Source of the DNA: Octopus vulgaris
Lineage: Eukaryota
DNA: 64,000 bases
Assembly (NCBI GenBank): GCA_951406725.2
Contig: OX597823.1
Location: 97,402,001 to 97,466,000, forward strand
Reading direction: 5' to 3'
Every line of letters starts with the position of its first letter. The first letter of the stretch is position 1. The notes below the pieces were generated by a model. The model saw nothing but the letters and a program-made list of their open reading frames with translations, searched no databases and was not told the origin of the DNA. Shown here one piece after another: positions 28,535 through 40,961 of the stretch. The translations under genes and the position numbers were made by a program.

Positions 28535-29962
28535 TGAAAAGGGTAAGATAACAAAAGAAAGAAACCTCAATATTATATAAATAGAGGAATTTATCTGTAA
28601 AAGTAATATGTAATAATTATTATAGCCGACACTGCCAGATATTTTGAGCATCTCTGCAGTAATTCCTGATGGGCCTGGGGCTTTCCCTGTTTTCATGCTT
28701 CTAATTGCTTTAACTACCAAACAATTGTCAACTTGGATGGCTGGTCCCTCTGTTGGGTTGACATTTGGCAGACTCTCTTTATCCCATTCATTTTCTTTAT
28801 TCAGCAACCTTTCATAGTGGCATCTCCAAACCTCTCTCTTTGCATCTTCATTTAGCGCAAGTGAACCATCATCCATGCGGACACATTTCTCTCCTACCAC
28901 ATCACGATTCTCTCTCACACACTGTCTTGCAACACGAAATACCTCAAGTCTTTCATCCTCACAGCGCAGAACATTGGCAAATTTTTTCTTATCCGCTTCC
29001 CCTCTGGCTAAATAAACCTGTCTCCTAGCTTCCCTTCTGGCTGTCTGATACAATTCCCTGCTACCACCGTTCTTCCAGTCCCTCCAAGCCTGTTTCTTTT
29101 GTCTAATAGCCCTGTCAACCACATTGTTCCACCACTACGTTACTCTGGGTCAAGATGGAACTTTGCTCCATCCACAAATCTGGTCAGTGGCTGTCAGCAG
29201 ATTGTCCCGTAGAAATCTCCAGTTGTCTTCCACAATAAGTGAAGTTATATCCCTTTCTATTTCGTCAAAGGCTTCGAGTAGTATGTCTCTAAATCTCTGT
29301 CCATTTGCAGGATCTTTAAGCTTCCAGACCCTTCTCCTCCAAGCTGGTCTTCTTCTGGGCAACCATTTAGCTCTGATCCTGATGTCGCTAACTACTAATC
29401 TATGTTGAGGAGTACATTCTTCGCCTGGAAAGGTTTTGGCATTTATAAGCAGCCCTCCTTCCCTCTTTCTGGCGGAGATGTAGTCAATCTGGCTGGTGTG
29501 TCTGCCAGAACGGTAGGTGACTAGGTGAGAGTTGGGTTTCCTGAAGTTGGTATTGCAAACCATAAGGTCATTTGCATCGCAGAACTCCAGCAGCCTGGTT
29601 CCCTCCTCATTTCGAGAGCCAAAACCGTAGCCTCCATGAACGCCATGGAAGCCCCCGACATGCCGTCCAACATGTCCATTGAAATCACCTGCCACAAAGA
29701 GAAGGTCACTGTCATTTGTCAAAGAGGTAGTCCGCAATAGGGTGTCGTAGAATTGGTCTGTCTGTCCTTCCGGTAGCCCTGGTTGAGGGGCATATGCCGA
29801 GATGATGGTAGCTGACCTATGGTGAAGCACTAATCTAATCTTAAGTACTCTATCACTTACTCTGACTACCTCGATTACCTTATCTACCCATTTCTCCGCA
29901 AGAAGTATACCCACACCCCCGACCCCGTCAGTGTTCCCTGCCCAGAAAATCTTGTACCTGTG
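26293..29962 (-). mobile_element. Near-complete RTE LINE ORF (APE endonuclease, RT, Cys finger), disrupted
   Basis: GVGILL, SAYAPQ, GDFNGHVG, QIDY (APE); FVDMEKAFD, GVHQGSVLSP, YADD (RT); frameshifts and an internal insertion; (GAT)n tail. Confidence 0.95.
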
Positions 29963-30223
29963 TTTATATATATATATAAATAATATATATATGTATGTAT
30001 GTATATATATATATAACAAGCAGAGATGTTAGTGGTATTTCGTCTGTCTTTACGTTCTGAGTTTAAATTCTGCCGAGGTCGACTTTGCCTTTCATCTTTT
30101 CAGGGTTGATAAATTAGGTACCTGTTGTGTACTGTGGTCGATCTAATCTACTGGCTCCCTCCCCCAAAATTCCGGGCCTTGTGCCTAGAGTAGAAAAAAA
30201 CATGACTGATGATTATAAAGTCA

Positions 30224-30466
<243 letters not shown>

Positions 30467-30662
30467 TTATAGCAACTAATGACAAAAATAATACTTCTGA
30501 TATTAACAGTTCAGGACTGGATTAAAGCAGCATATAACCTCTCTTCAAGCTGGATGCAAAACCATTGGTCACTCTATGACTGGACATATAGTTAAATTCA
30601 TGTAAATGCATTACTGCTCTAACTTTTAGAGTATGCTTCTTTTGCAGATGTATGACCTATTG

Positions 30663-30707
<45 letters not shown>

Positions 30708-30944
30708 GATTAATCAGCCGAAATTGCGAGGATGATCCAGTTCTTGACTGAGGATAAAAAGCTTCGAATGACCTGTCCTTATTTTTTTGTATCATCTATC
30801 TGGATGTTTTGTTGTCCCTTTTTGTATCACCTAGCTGTTCAGGTGTTTTGCGTTCTTGTCCCATTTTGTATTTTATATATATATATATATAAGGAAAATA
30901 GGACAAGGTAGAAAATGCTGAAATAATTTTATCATGGAGAACAT

Positions 30945-30985
30945 TTTAATATTGGTTTCAGTCTTTGCAGCTTTTTCAACTTAAA
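30945..30985 (-). ncRNA. Degenerate hammerhead motif (TTGAAAA core) in a PLE-like terminal fragment
   Basis: Minus strand reads taag-TTGAAAA-AG..CT-GAAAC-CA-ATA-ttaa. Confidence 0.4.
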
Positions 30986-31151
30986 GTAAAGTATGAAAAA
31001 CAATTAAATTGTAGAAAAATTAAATGGAACATTTTGAAAAAAAATTTCCATAGTTTTCAAATACTTGGGACATTTTCCTTTCTTTTTACTGTCTCTCTCT
31101 CATTTTTACTTTTGTGAAGGCTTGGTAGGTAGGTAGTAGCAGGTCTCTCTT

Positions 31152-31518
31152 TTACTCTTTTACTCTTTTACTTGTTTCAGTCCTTTGACTGCGGCCATGC
31201 TGGGGCACCGCCTTTAGTCGAGCAAATCGACCCCGGGACTTATTCTTTGTAAGCCCAGTACTTATTCTATCGGTCTCTTTTGCCGAAGCGCTAAGTGACG
31301 GGGACGTAAACACACCACCATATACAGACAAACACAGACACACACATATATATACATATATACGACAGGCTTCTTTCAGTTTCCGTCTACCAAATCCACT
31401 CACAAGGCATTGGTCGGCCCGGGGCTATAGCAGAAGACACTTGCCCAAGATGCCACGCAGTGGGACTGAACCTGGAACCATGTGGTTGGTTAGCAAGCTA
31501 CTTACCACACAGCCACTC
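31152..31518 (-). mobile_element. SINE family A with internal deletion
   Basis: Similarity to the other copies. Confidence 0.8.
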
Positions 31519-32515
31519 GAAGAATATATATGATATCATAATATATATATCATTATATACATATATATATACCACATTTACCATCAAATGAAGCATAGTT
31601 GAGTGATTTACACCATACATTAATGGGTCAAGGAACTGCAGGCTTTGTATAACTGAAAGAACTCAAATGTCTTTTAAGTTTCAGAACTCCACTGAACTAC
31701 TGAATTCTAGATTGGAAATTTTCACAAAATGCAAGCCTATTGACAAGTTTCTGCTATCAAGCTGGAGAACACTACTCTCTCTAGATTAGGCATACAGTCT
31801 TAAAAATGTTGTCAGATTAACCCCATCAACCACTGTTAATTCCCATTCTAACAGGTGAAAGAGATATAATTCTTATCTCACCACCCTCTAAGCTTTCCTC
31901 TTCTTGTTTCTTTTTTCTTGTCTTTTCCCCTTTTTTCTCAGTCTTTCTCCTTTCTCACTTTTTCACTGAGAACAGCCATATTTATTTTGAGTCTGAATGA
32001 TCGCAACTTAGTGCATGGCATGCTGTAAAAGCTCACCTGATTACTGTATTATTGAAGAAAGAAACTTATGGTGGCTTACATTAAATCCTGTGTCAAATGA
32101 GATTTATCTCTTGCTGGACAGAGTACTCTTTTGGTTGATCTTATCAAATACTAGAAAAACACAAGCACACACACGCACACACGCACGCACACACACACAC
32201 ACACACACACACCATACACACACAAACACACACACACACATGCAACACAAACACAAGCACACACACCACACACACAAATACACACCATACATGCACAAAC
32301 ACACACACACACCATACACACACAAACACAAACCATACACATACAAACACATGCATACACAAACACGAGCACACACCACACACACACACCATACATGCAC
32401 AAACACACACACACAAACGTACACCATATACGCACAAACACACACCATACACACAAAACATACACACACAGTTGCACACACACACACACAATATTTGAAA
32501 GAAATTTATATTTAC

Positions 32516-32592
32516 AGGTATGTAATTCGCATTTATGTAATCAGAGCCTTCATCATCATCCATAGGTAACAGCTTGACTCGAGAATGATCAT
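32516..32592 (-). CDS. R3 RPTP exon ([26 protein letters not shown])
   Basis: cag / gtaaat, 77 nt, phase 1-0; DYINA motif. Confidence 0.97.
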
Positions 32593-32820
32593 CTGCAAGA
32601 AAAGAGTAATTGCATGTAAATTTTTTTATTTATTTATTTTTTTAATTTCATCTAGTTTCAGCTCATGAGCTATGGCCATGCTGGAGCACCGCCATTTGGT
32701 GTTGCTACATGATTTTACTTCACGAATGCTTTTTAGCAATTGACATTTGGTGCATGAGAGAGTTTTTGATGTAGCTGCCCTCATCTGCACCTCCTGCCAC
32801 GAAGTTGGTTCATATATATA

Positions 32821-32872
<52 letters not shown>

Positions 32873-33109
32873 TCTTTTACGCATTTACTTGTTTCAGTCA
32901 TTTGACTGTGGCCATGCTTGAGCACCACCTTTAGTCGAGCAAATCAACCCCAGGGCTTATTCTTTGTAAGCCTAGTACTTATTCTATTATCTCTTTTGCT
33001 GAACTGCTTAGTTACGGGAAATAAACACACCAGCATCGGTTGTCAAGCGATGTTAGGGGGTCAAACGCAGACACACAAACATATACACACACACATACAT
33101 ATATATATT

Positions 33110-33733
33110 ATTTTTATTTATTTATTTTTTTTCATTTCATCTAGTTTCAGCTGAGCTGTGGCCATGCTGGGGCACCGCCATTTGGTGTTGCTACATAATT
33201 TTACTTCATGAATACTTTTTAGCAATTGACATTTGGTGCATGAGAAAGTTTGATGCAGCTGCCCTCATCTGCACCTCCTGCCGTGAAGTCGGTTCATCTG
33301 GACACCTGACAGGAAGAGATCCAGCTTTATTTTGAAGATACCTACATCCTCTCCATGCAGGTCTCTCAGGTCCTTCAGGAGGATATTGAAGAGCTGTGGA
33401 CCTCTGAAGCCCAAGCTATTGCAGCATCTTGTTCTACATCTTGATGGCAAATTTGGAGTCCTTGGCACTATGCAGTGGCACCCAGTTCTAGTATTTGTGT
33501 AACTCTCGATGCCAAAGTTTGGGACAAGTCCTTCCAGATGTATATTATGGCATATCTTTCTCGCCTATGCTCTAAGGAATAGAGTCTTAATCTGTTGAAT
33601 CTTTCCCAATAGCTTATATGCTGCATAGAGGCTATATTCTTCATGTAGCTTCGTTGGATTGCCTCAAGATCTGAGATTAATTTGACACTGGTTGGTGACC
33701 ATAGCTGAGAGCAATAGTCAAAGTGGCTTAGGC
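33110..33733 (-). mobile_element. CR1/L2-group LINE 3' fragment; a second 3' end lies at ~32625-32810
   Basis: HFDYCSQLWSP...LEAIQRS...YWER...LYSLE.RRERY. Confidence 0.75.
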
Positions 33734-34396
33734 ATGTAAATTTTTAAAATATACCCTCTCCTTTATCACCCACTCTTCTTTTGTACTTTCACAAACTTAC
33801 CTGCACACAATCTGTCCTTGATGAATCTCTCTCCACAACATATCTTCCTAACACCCTCTCCTTCCACCTTTGTTCACTGCATTCCACTCCCCTCCATCTC
33901 CCACTCATCTTTCCCACTCTTGCAAACTTACTTAATCTCTCAACCTTTTCAATACTCTGTACTACTTCCCTTGTATAACATCCCTTTGTAATTTGAAAGC
34001 ATGTCCTGACACATCTTCACCATCTCTCTCTCTCACTCTCCTCTTTTTTCCTCTCTCTTTTTCCAAATGGAGTAGCCATGTATCTCCTCTACTGCAAGAC
34101 AATTGTCTCTGTTCCATTCCATCATCTGGCATAAACCCACCTCCCTCAAAACTACTTCCCCTACCCCCACACGGTGGAAAGATTCTTGTCTTGAATGTTA
34201 CTTGGTGACATCACTGGTGCTGGTGCCTCATAAAAAGCACCCAGTACACTCTGTAAAGTGATTAGTGTGTAGAAACCATGCCAAATCAGAAAGTAGGGCT
34301 TGGTGCAACCTTCTGGGTTGCAAGCTCTAGTCAAACTATCCAGTTCATCCCAGCATGGAAGGATGATGCTATCATCAATGCTATTATCATTGTGAC

Positions 34397-34680
34397 TGTG
34401 GTGTATGCGGGAGATTTGAAATAGAGACACTTACCTTCTCTTCGTCGACGCAGACCTCCCCGGTGGTAATGCACCCTTCCACGTGGCCCGACCCAATTGC
34501 TAAAAATAGTAGCTGCTTTTCCCTTACCTTGACAAAGCATTCACACATCCAACTCTGTCGGCTACCCCGATCGAAAAAGGCCCAATGCTCCCCTGCCTAC
34601 GCACGCGTCACTCCTGCCCCTTCCTCTTCTGGTCAGTCCCAAGTTCCGGTCAGCTCCCCAGCTGCTGACGTCATCCAACA
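34397..34680 (-). mobile_element. Solo LTR related to the Gypsy element at 2619
   Basis: TGTTGGATGACGTCAGCAGC...CATACACCACA; 5-bp TSD GTGAC at 34392-34396 and 34681-34685. Confidence 0.92.
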
Positions 34681-34817
34681 GTGACCACATCACTATTGTC
34701 ATAATTCTGATTACTATGATGAAAATGAAGATGACTACAACGATGGTAATGATGATCATGATCAATATCACCATCATCATCAACAATATAATTATTAATA
34801 AGAAAATCTCTACTCAC

Positions 34818-34908
34818 ATGCCAAGATATTGGTATATCTGTTCTTGGTGCGGTTTACTTGTAATTCAGCAGCAACATGAGGTTGCACAGGGGAGAGACTC
34901 TTTAGCAG
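34818..34908 (-). CDS. R3 RPTP exon (LLKSLSP...NRTKNRYTNILA)
   Basis: cag / gtgagt, 91 nt, phase 0-1; KNRY pTyr-recognition loop. Confidence 0.96.
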
Positions 34909-36432
34909 CTGTCAAAAGAAAGCATACATATGTATTTATATATATATATAATGCATACAATGTCAGTAGAGAGGAAGTAAGGAATGACAAGAGGTTTGGG
35001 ATTGAGAGGAATGTTTCCATTTGCGCCGTGAACAGGGATTAATCTTTTATCTTCGCTCCCTTGCACCACATAGGCTCAACTCTCTTCCCCTCTTCATCTA
35101 ATCTCCTCCCCTCACACCTACATCCTCCCACCCACCTCTCCTCTCTTGCTCCGACTCCTATTTCTTCTCTTCACTCCTACCCACCTTCTCCTTCCTCCCT
35201 TCATTGTCACCCCTCCCTCGTAAGCCCATCCTACCCCTACACATTCCAACCCCACCTTCCCTATCCTTCCCCATCCCACACCACCCCTTACACTCACTCC
35301 CACATACTCTACCTTTATCTGGTTCTTGACTGAAGATAGAAAACTTCAAATGGCCTGTCCTTGTTTTCTTTGTTTTGTCTATCTGGATGTTTTGTTGTCC
35401 TTTTTTGTATTTTAAAGCTTGGAAACAGGTGACGACTAGTGACAGGAAGGCCATCTTGCTGTTAAAAATTCTACCTCTAAACTCTGCCTGACTCATGCAA
35501 GCATGGAAAAAGTGGGTGTTAAACAGTGATGATTATAATGATGATGATGATGATGATGATGAAGACATCCCTGATAAATTTCCCCACATCATTATTTTAA
35601 ATTATCCAATCAATAAATGATCTGGTAATAAATAACGAGTAAGACGATACTTTGCAGACTCTCTCTGCTCCATATTCCCATTCAATTTTTAATCAGTTTG
35701 AATTGTGGCATTATCTTCTTTATCTTAATTGGCAAGTCCCATCATTAATGACTTTTTATATTTATTAAAATAAATAAATGCGCCCTTTTAAAGCCTAGCC
35801 AGGCTCATGGGCCCAGTTTCCCGGTTTCTATGGCATATGTGTTCCCCAGCTGGATGGGATGCCAGTCCATCACAGCGTTACTCATTTTTCCCTGCTGAGT
35901 GGACTGGAACAATGTGAAATGAAGTGATTTGCTCAAGAACACAAGGCGTCACCCGGTCCAGGAATCGAAACCCCAATCTTACGATCATGATGCTGATACC
36001 CTAACCATTAAGCCATGTGCCTCCACTTTATATTTATTACAGGTATGATATTGATTGATTATAATGTTTTTTGACTCACTACATTAAGTATCTTAATATT
36101 TTCATTAGTTGACTGATTCCCAGTTTATTTGACTTCATCATCCAGTCCATAAGCACAACCAACCAACTTTCAACAATGTTTGTTTCTTACTCAACTAATT
36201 GTCCAACCAGGCAAGATTAAAGCATATTTATATTAATGTTTCTGATCAGTACATAGTTGAATTTCTACAAGTGGCTTGTTATCTGTTCAGATAATAGCCC
36301 ACTCAAATGACCTTCAGGCTAGTTCAACCTCATTGTGGAATTTTTAGCAATTTCACAACTAACTTCTGTCAAATAAATAAAAAATAAATAAAAAATACAA
36401 CATGGTAAAGTTCTGTTCCTAAATTCACTTAC

Positions 36433-36514
36433 CTTAAATTCTTCACAAAACTGTAAGTTTGAGTCTCTTTTCATCATTTCCACTTTGCTGTGGAAATGTG
36501 CCAACATAATTGGT
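36433..36514 (-). CDS. R3 RPTP exon (PIMLAHFHSKVEMMKRDSNLQFCEEFK)
   Basis: tag / gtaagt, 82 nt, phase 2-0. Confidence 0.93.
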
Positions 36515-36832
36515 CTAGAAAAAGGGAAATAATTAAATGAATATGATCCTTATAATAAGTTTTAATAAAAGAATTCAAAGAAAAAATGTTTAACTACAAT
36601 GAAATCGGTAAAATCAATTTCATTCTATGAAAATATGTGTACATACGTATGTATGTACGTATATACATACACATATACATACATACATACATACATACAT
36701 ACATACATACATACATACATACATACATACATACATACATACAGGCAGACAGACAGACAGACATACATACATACATATTGGGTTGTCCGGAATAGCAGAT
36801 AGTGAAGGCATGAGTAAGAAACTATATCTTAC

Positions 36833-36937
36833 CGTGAATATTCAGAGTTTTTCATCATGAAAGAATGATTAACCTTTCCATTTTGGTTGGCATCAACAAG
36901 ACTTGAAACTGTGGGTATTTGTTTTTTCTTGAAACAA
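36833..36937 (-). CDS. R3 RPTP cytoplasmic juxtamembrane exon (CFKKKQIPTVSS...SEYSR)
   Basis: cag / gtaaga, 105 nt, phase 2-2; basic stop-transfer residues. Confidence 0.88.
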
Positions 36938-38044
36938 CTGAAGGAAAAACAGAATTGGTTAAATGAAGAAAATATTCTTTTGTAGTTATCATTTATTTTA
37001 TATCTTTTACTTTGGCCAGAAGCCATACTGAAGCAGTGACTTGAAGGGTATAGTTGAACAAATTGACCCCAAAACTGTGGGTATTTGTTTTTTCTTGAAA
37101 CAACTGAAGGAAATATTCTTTTGTAGTTATCTTGTATTTTATATCTTTTACTTTGGCCAGAAGCCATGCTGGACTTGAAGGGCATAGTTGAACAAATTGA
37201 CCCCAAAACTTATTTTTCTTTTAAGCCTGGTACTTATTCTATTGGACCCTTTTTATTAAGTTGTGGGTACATAAACAAACCAACACTGGTTGTTAAGCGG
37301 TGGTGAGGGACAAATATAAAGACACACTTACATTGATACACACACACACACATGCTGGGCTTCTTTCAGTTTCCATCTGGCAAATCCACTTACAAGTTGG
37401 AATTGAGTGGAACTGAACCCAAAATCACATGGTTAGGAAGCAAGCTTCTTATTTCTTTATTCCCCATAAGGGGCTAAACATAGAGGAGACAAACAAGGAC
37501 AGACAAAGGGATTAAGTCGATTACATCGACCCCAGTGCGTAACTGGTACTTAATTTATCAACCCCGAAAAGGATGAAAGGCAAAGCTGACCTTGGCGGAA
37601 TTTGAACTCAGAACGTAACGGCAGACGAAATACTGCTAAGCATTTCACCCAGCGTGCTAACATTTCTGCCAGCTCACCACCATTTTACCACACAATTATA
37701 TATATGTGTGTGTGTGTGTGTGTGTCTGTGTGTGTCTTTGTGTCTGTATTTGTCACCCCATCACCACTTGACAACCAGTGTTGGTGTGTTTACACCCGGT
37801 AACTTAACGGTCCGGCAAAAGTGAGTGACAGAACAAGTACTAGGCTAAAAAATATAATTCCTGGGATCAATCTGTTCAACTGAAATCCTTCAAGGCTGTG
37901 CTCCAGCATGACCACAGTCAAATGACTGAAACAAGTAAAAGAATAAAAGAATAAAAAAAATAAAAGAATGAAGCTATGTATACTTAATGTCTAATTTCTC
38001 TCCTAGCTACCTAATATTTTTCCTTGCTTCTTTTCTTCCACTTA

Positions 38045-38190
38045 TTCAGGCACTTAATGTAGGTCCCCATGTTGAGTCTGAGATCATGTAGGAAGATGAA
38101 TGGAGGCATAACGTCGCCATCACTAGTGATCACTCCAAACACCATGATATTGACTGGATGTTTGATTTTTTTATCACTCTTGGTACATGT
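38045..38190 (-). mobile_element. Tc1/mariner transposase fragment
   Basis: KHPVNIMVFGVITSDGDVMPPFIF. Confidence 0.6.
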
Positions 38191-38596
38191 CCTCAAATTG
38201 TACCGTCCTCAGATTGACACCCAAACACTCTGAAATGTTTCTATTGGAGCTTCATCGGAGATGGTGTGAGAAAATGGTTAAGCAATATTTAATTTAGATA
38301 AGATACGAAGTAGAGAGTGAAGTGGAGGAATGAAAATAGATGTGAGATATGCAGGGATATTGCATTTGTAGATCCATTATTTAGGCAGAATGGTATACAT
38401 ATAAGATTCCAATACCTTGTGAGTAAAATCCAATAGTATTTAAAAGTGGTCATTCCAAGTATAGAGTTTGTACACAGTGCTATTCCAATTTGACCTTACA
38501 AATACATTCCCTACTTTTAGGTCACTTTAAATAAAACCCTTGATTCAATAGCACTGTGTACAAACTCTAAACTTGCAATGACCATTTTCTCACACC

Positions 38597-38644
38597 GTCT
38601 CCGATAAAGGAATATAATAAATATCCTGGAAACAGCTGTAAGAC
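38597..38644 (+). ncRNA. Degenerate type I hammerhead ribozyme (PLE-type)
   Basis: GTCT-CCGATAA-AGG..CCT-G-GAAAC-AGCT-GTA-AGAC: helix I GTCT/AGAC, palindromic helix III, core mutated. Confidence 0.65.
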
Positions 38645-38902
38645 CTTCTATTTATAAATATTCTAAAATCTTCACAACCTTAGTTTTTTTTATCTCATTC
38701 TGAAAAAAATATCTTATTTATACACATGCTGATATATGACCTACGTTGCACACACAAAGTATCTTCCATTGTACCAACTGTACATGTGTGCACACACACA
38801 CTCATACACAAACACATGCACAATATACACGAGTGCACTTGCACATGTACGTATGTGTGTGTGTGTGTGTGTTAAGACTGTAGCCAACCATTTGTTACTT
38901 AC

Positions 38903-39002
38903 TAGAGTTTCTTGTGCCACATGATAAATACTATATTCATTGCTACAGTAGCAGCTACTAGCAAGACTGGAACTGTGATGTAGATAGCTGTACGGTCTTT
39001 AT
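38903..39002 (-). CDS. R3 RPTP transmembrane exon (DKDRTAIYITVPVLLVAATVAMNIVFIMWHKKL)
   Basis: cag / gtaagt, 100 nt, phase 1-2; hydrophobic stretch followed by basic residues. Confidence 0.92.
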
Positions 39003-39052
39003 CTGAGGAGAGAAAAAAAAATATGATGCAGTAGAAAAGACAAACACAGAGT

Positions 39053-39056
<4 letters not shown>

Positions 39057-39145
<89 letters not shown>
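39057..39145. repeat. (GA)n microsatellite
   Basis: Directly visible. Confidence 0.95.
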
Positions 39146-39147
<2 letters not shown>

Positions 39148-39297
39148 GATGTGATGTGAGATGAGGATCAACAGAAGATGACATTCAGGTATAGCTGTTG
39201 AAACAGCAGGTCTCTTCTGAGATATAGTTGTAAGGCAAATGAATCTGTTTCAACACTCTTGCCACCATTTACCTGTTACCTGTGAATTTATAGTAAA

Positions 39298-39651
39298 CAG
39301 GAGTGGCTGTGTGGTAAGTAGCTTGCTTACCAACCACATGGTTCAGGGTTCAGTCCCACTGTGTGGCACCTTGGGCGAGTGTCATCTACTATAGCCTCGG
39401 ACTGACCGAAGCCTTGTGAGTGGATTTGGTAGATGGAAACTGAAAGAAGCCCGTCGTATATATGTATATATATGTATGTATGTTTGTGTGTCTGTGTTTG
39501 TCCCCACAACATCGCTTGATAACTGATGCTGGTGTGTTTACATCCCCGTAACTTAGCAGTTCGGCAAAAGAGACCAATAGAATAAGTTCTAGGCTTACAA
39601 AGAATAAGTCTTGGGGTCGATTTGCTCGACTAAAGGCAGTGCTCCAGCATG
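39298..39651 (+). mobile_element. SINE family A
   Basis: Similarity to the other copies. Confidence 0.8.
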
Positions 39652-39943
39652 GAGATTCTTTCACCCCAACATCACATTGACTCAGGACAGACAATATTCT
39701 TGTGCTTGGTGGATATATCAATTTCCTGGGCAAGACATTAAACATTAGGGGTTTTGCGGGAGTGTACAATTACACCTTAGTCACCTATACTCCCAGGTGT
39801 GCCTTAACTCAAGGTGGTAGTACCTGTCAAGGGCTCCAGTTACAGATAAAATTGCAGACATCCCTGTGGCAAAGGTATACAAAACAAGGTATACAGGTGG
39901 CCTAGCCCTAAGCATATAGGTGTGTCACGTGGGTACATCATAA

Positions 39944-40199
39944 ATATCATTCCAAGGATTGATGGCCATTATTGTTTGTTTGTTTGTATGTTTGTTTAGC
40001 TTGAGGTCAATCTTGACTAAGAAGACCTATGATAAAGGTGTTCCATCCATGACCACCTCGTTCTACTCTTTTCAACATACATATCATTCCAAGGATAGAC
40101 GGCCATTATTGTTTGTTTAGCTTGAGATCAATCTTGACTAAGAAGACCTATGATAAAGGTGTTCCATTCATGACCACCTCGTTCTACTCTTTTCAACAT
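39944..40199 (+). repeat. Two-copy tandem duplication, offset ~137 bp
   Basis: ATATCATTCCAAGGAT...CTTTTCAACAT repeated. Confidence 0.85.
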
Positions 40200-40336
40200 G
40201 TACATGCATGTACACTGGTGTGTAGACACAAGGATTGTATAGGCTCTATGTGTCAAGAGTAAACTTGAGAAAGGACAGGAGACAAGCAGAGTAAACCATA
40301 CATACACTAACAGAAAGCAATGGGAAACACTATTAA

Positions 40337-40541
40337 CCCTTTTGTTATTGTATTTCTGTTGAGATACTCTGTGTTTCTTTCAATTAATTAAAATATAACA
40401 AAGAATTTAGTAAAATAGCTTAGTTATCATTCAGCTGGTGTTAGGAACATAAATTGTGACTAAGGTTTGGTGGAAGATTTTAGTTCAAAACTTATGAAAA
40501 CAAGACCAGAACTGGTTTCAGCTGGGTTGGTAATGAAAGGG
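40337..40541. mobile_element. piggyBac-like MITE
   Basis: TTAA|CCCTTT...AAAGGG|TTAA. Confidence 0.75.
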
Positions 40542-40961
40542 TTAAGGTGGTGAACTGGCAGAACTATTAGCAGGCTATACAAAATATTTAGTGGCATTTC
40601 TTCTAGCATTATGATTTGGTCTTACCAATCGGTTTCATGTAAAGAATACAGTAGAGTGTTAGGTAACAATCTGATTATATAACTCTACGCTCATCTGAGG
40701 CAGCTGATATGGAAGGAAATATGGTGACTGTCCCCTATTGACAGAGGTGGATTAGCATAACTGGTAAGCGGCTGCTGTAAAAAAAGTGGTGAAACAAAAA
40801 AGGGTCCAGGAGATTGGTTGGGTATACTGTTAAGCTGGCAAGAGTTACCTTGAAGTGGTGTCCTTGCAGGGATGGGGTGTGTGATATTGGGTTTGTGGTA
40901 TGTGTAGCGGTGTCATTTGTATAATTTTTGTCTGGGATTGTAGGTATACATAGTTGGTTTT

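Noticed and set aside
30745-30775. CTGAGGA...TCGAA and CTGAAGA (35330) as hammerheads
   Set aside because: No GAAAC, helix III or helix I partner
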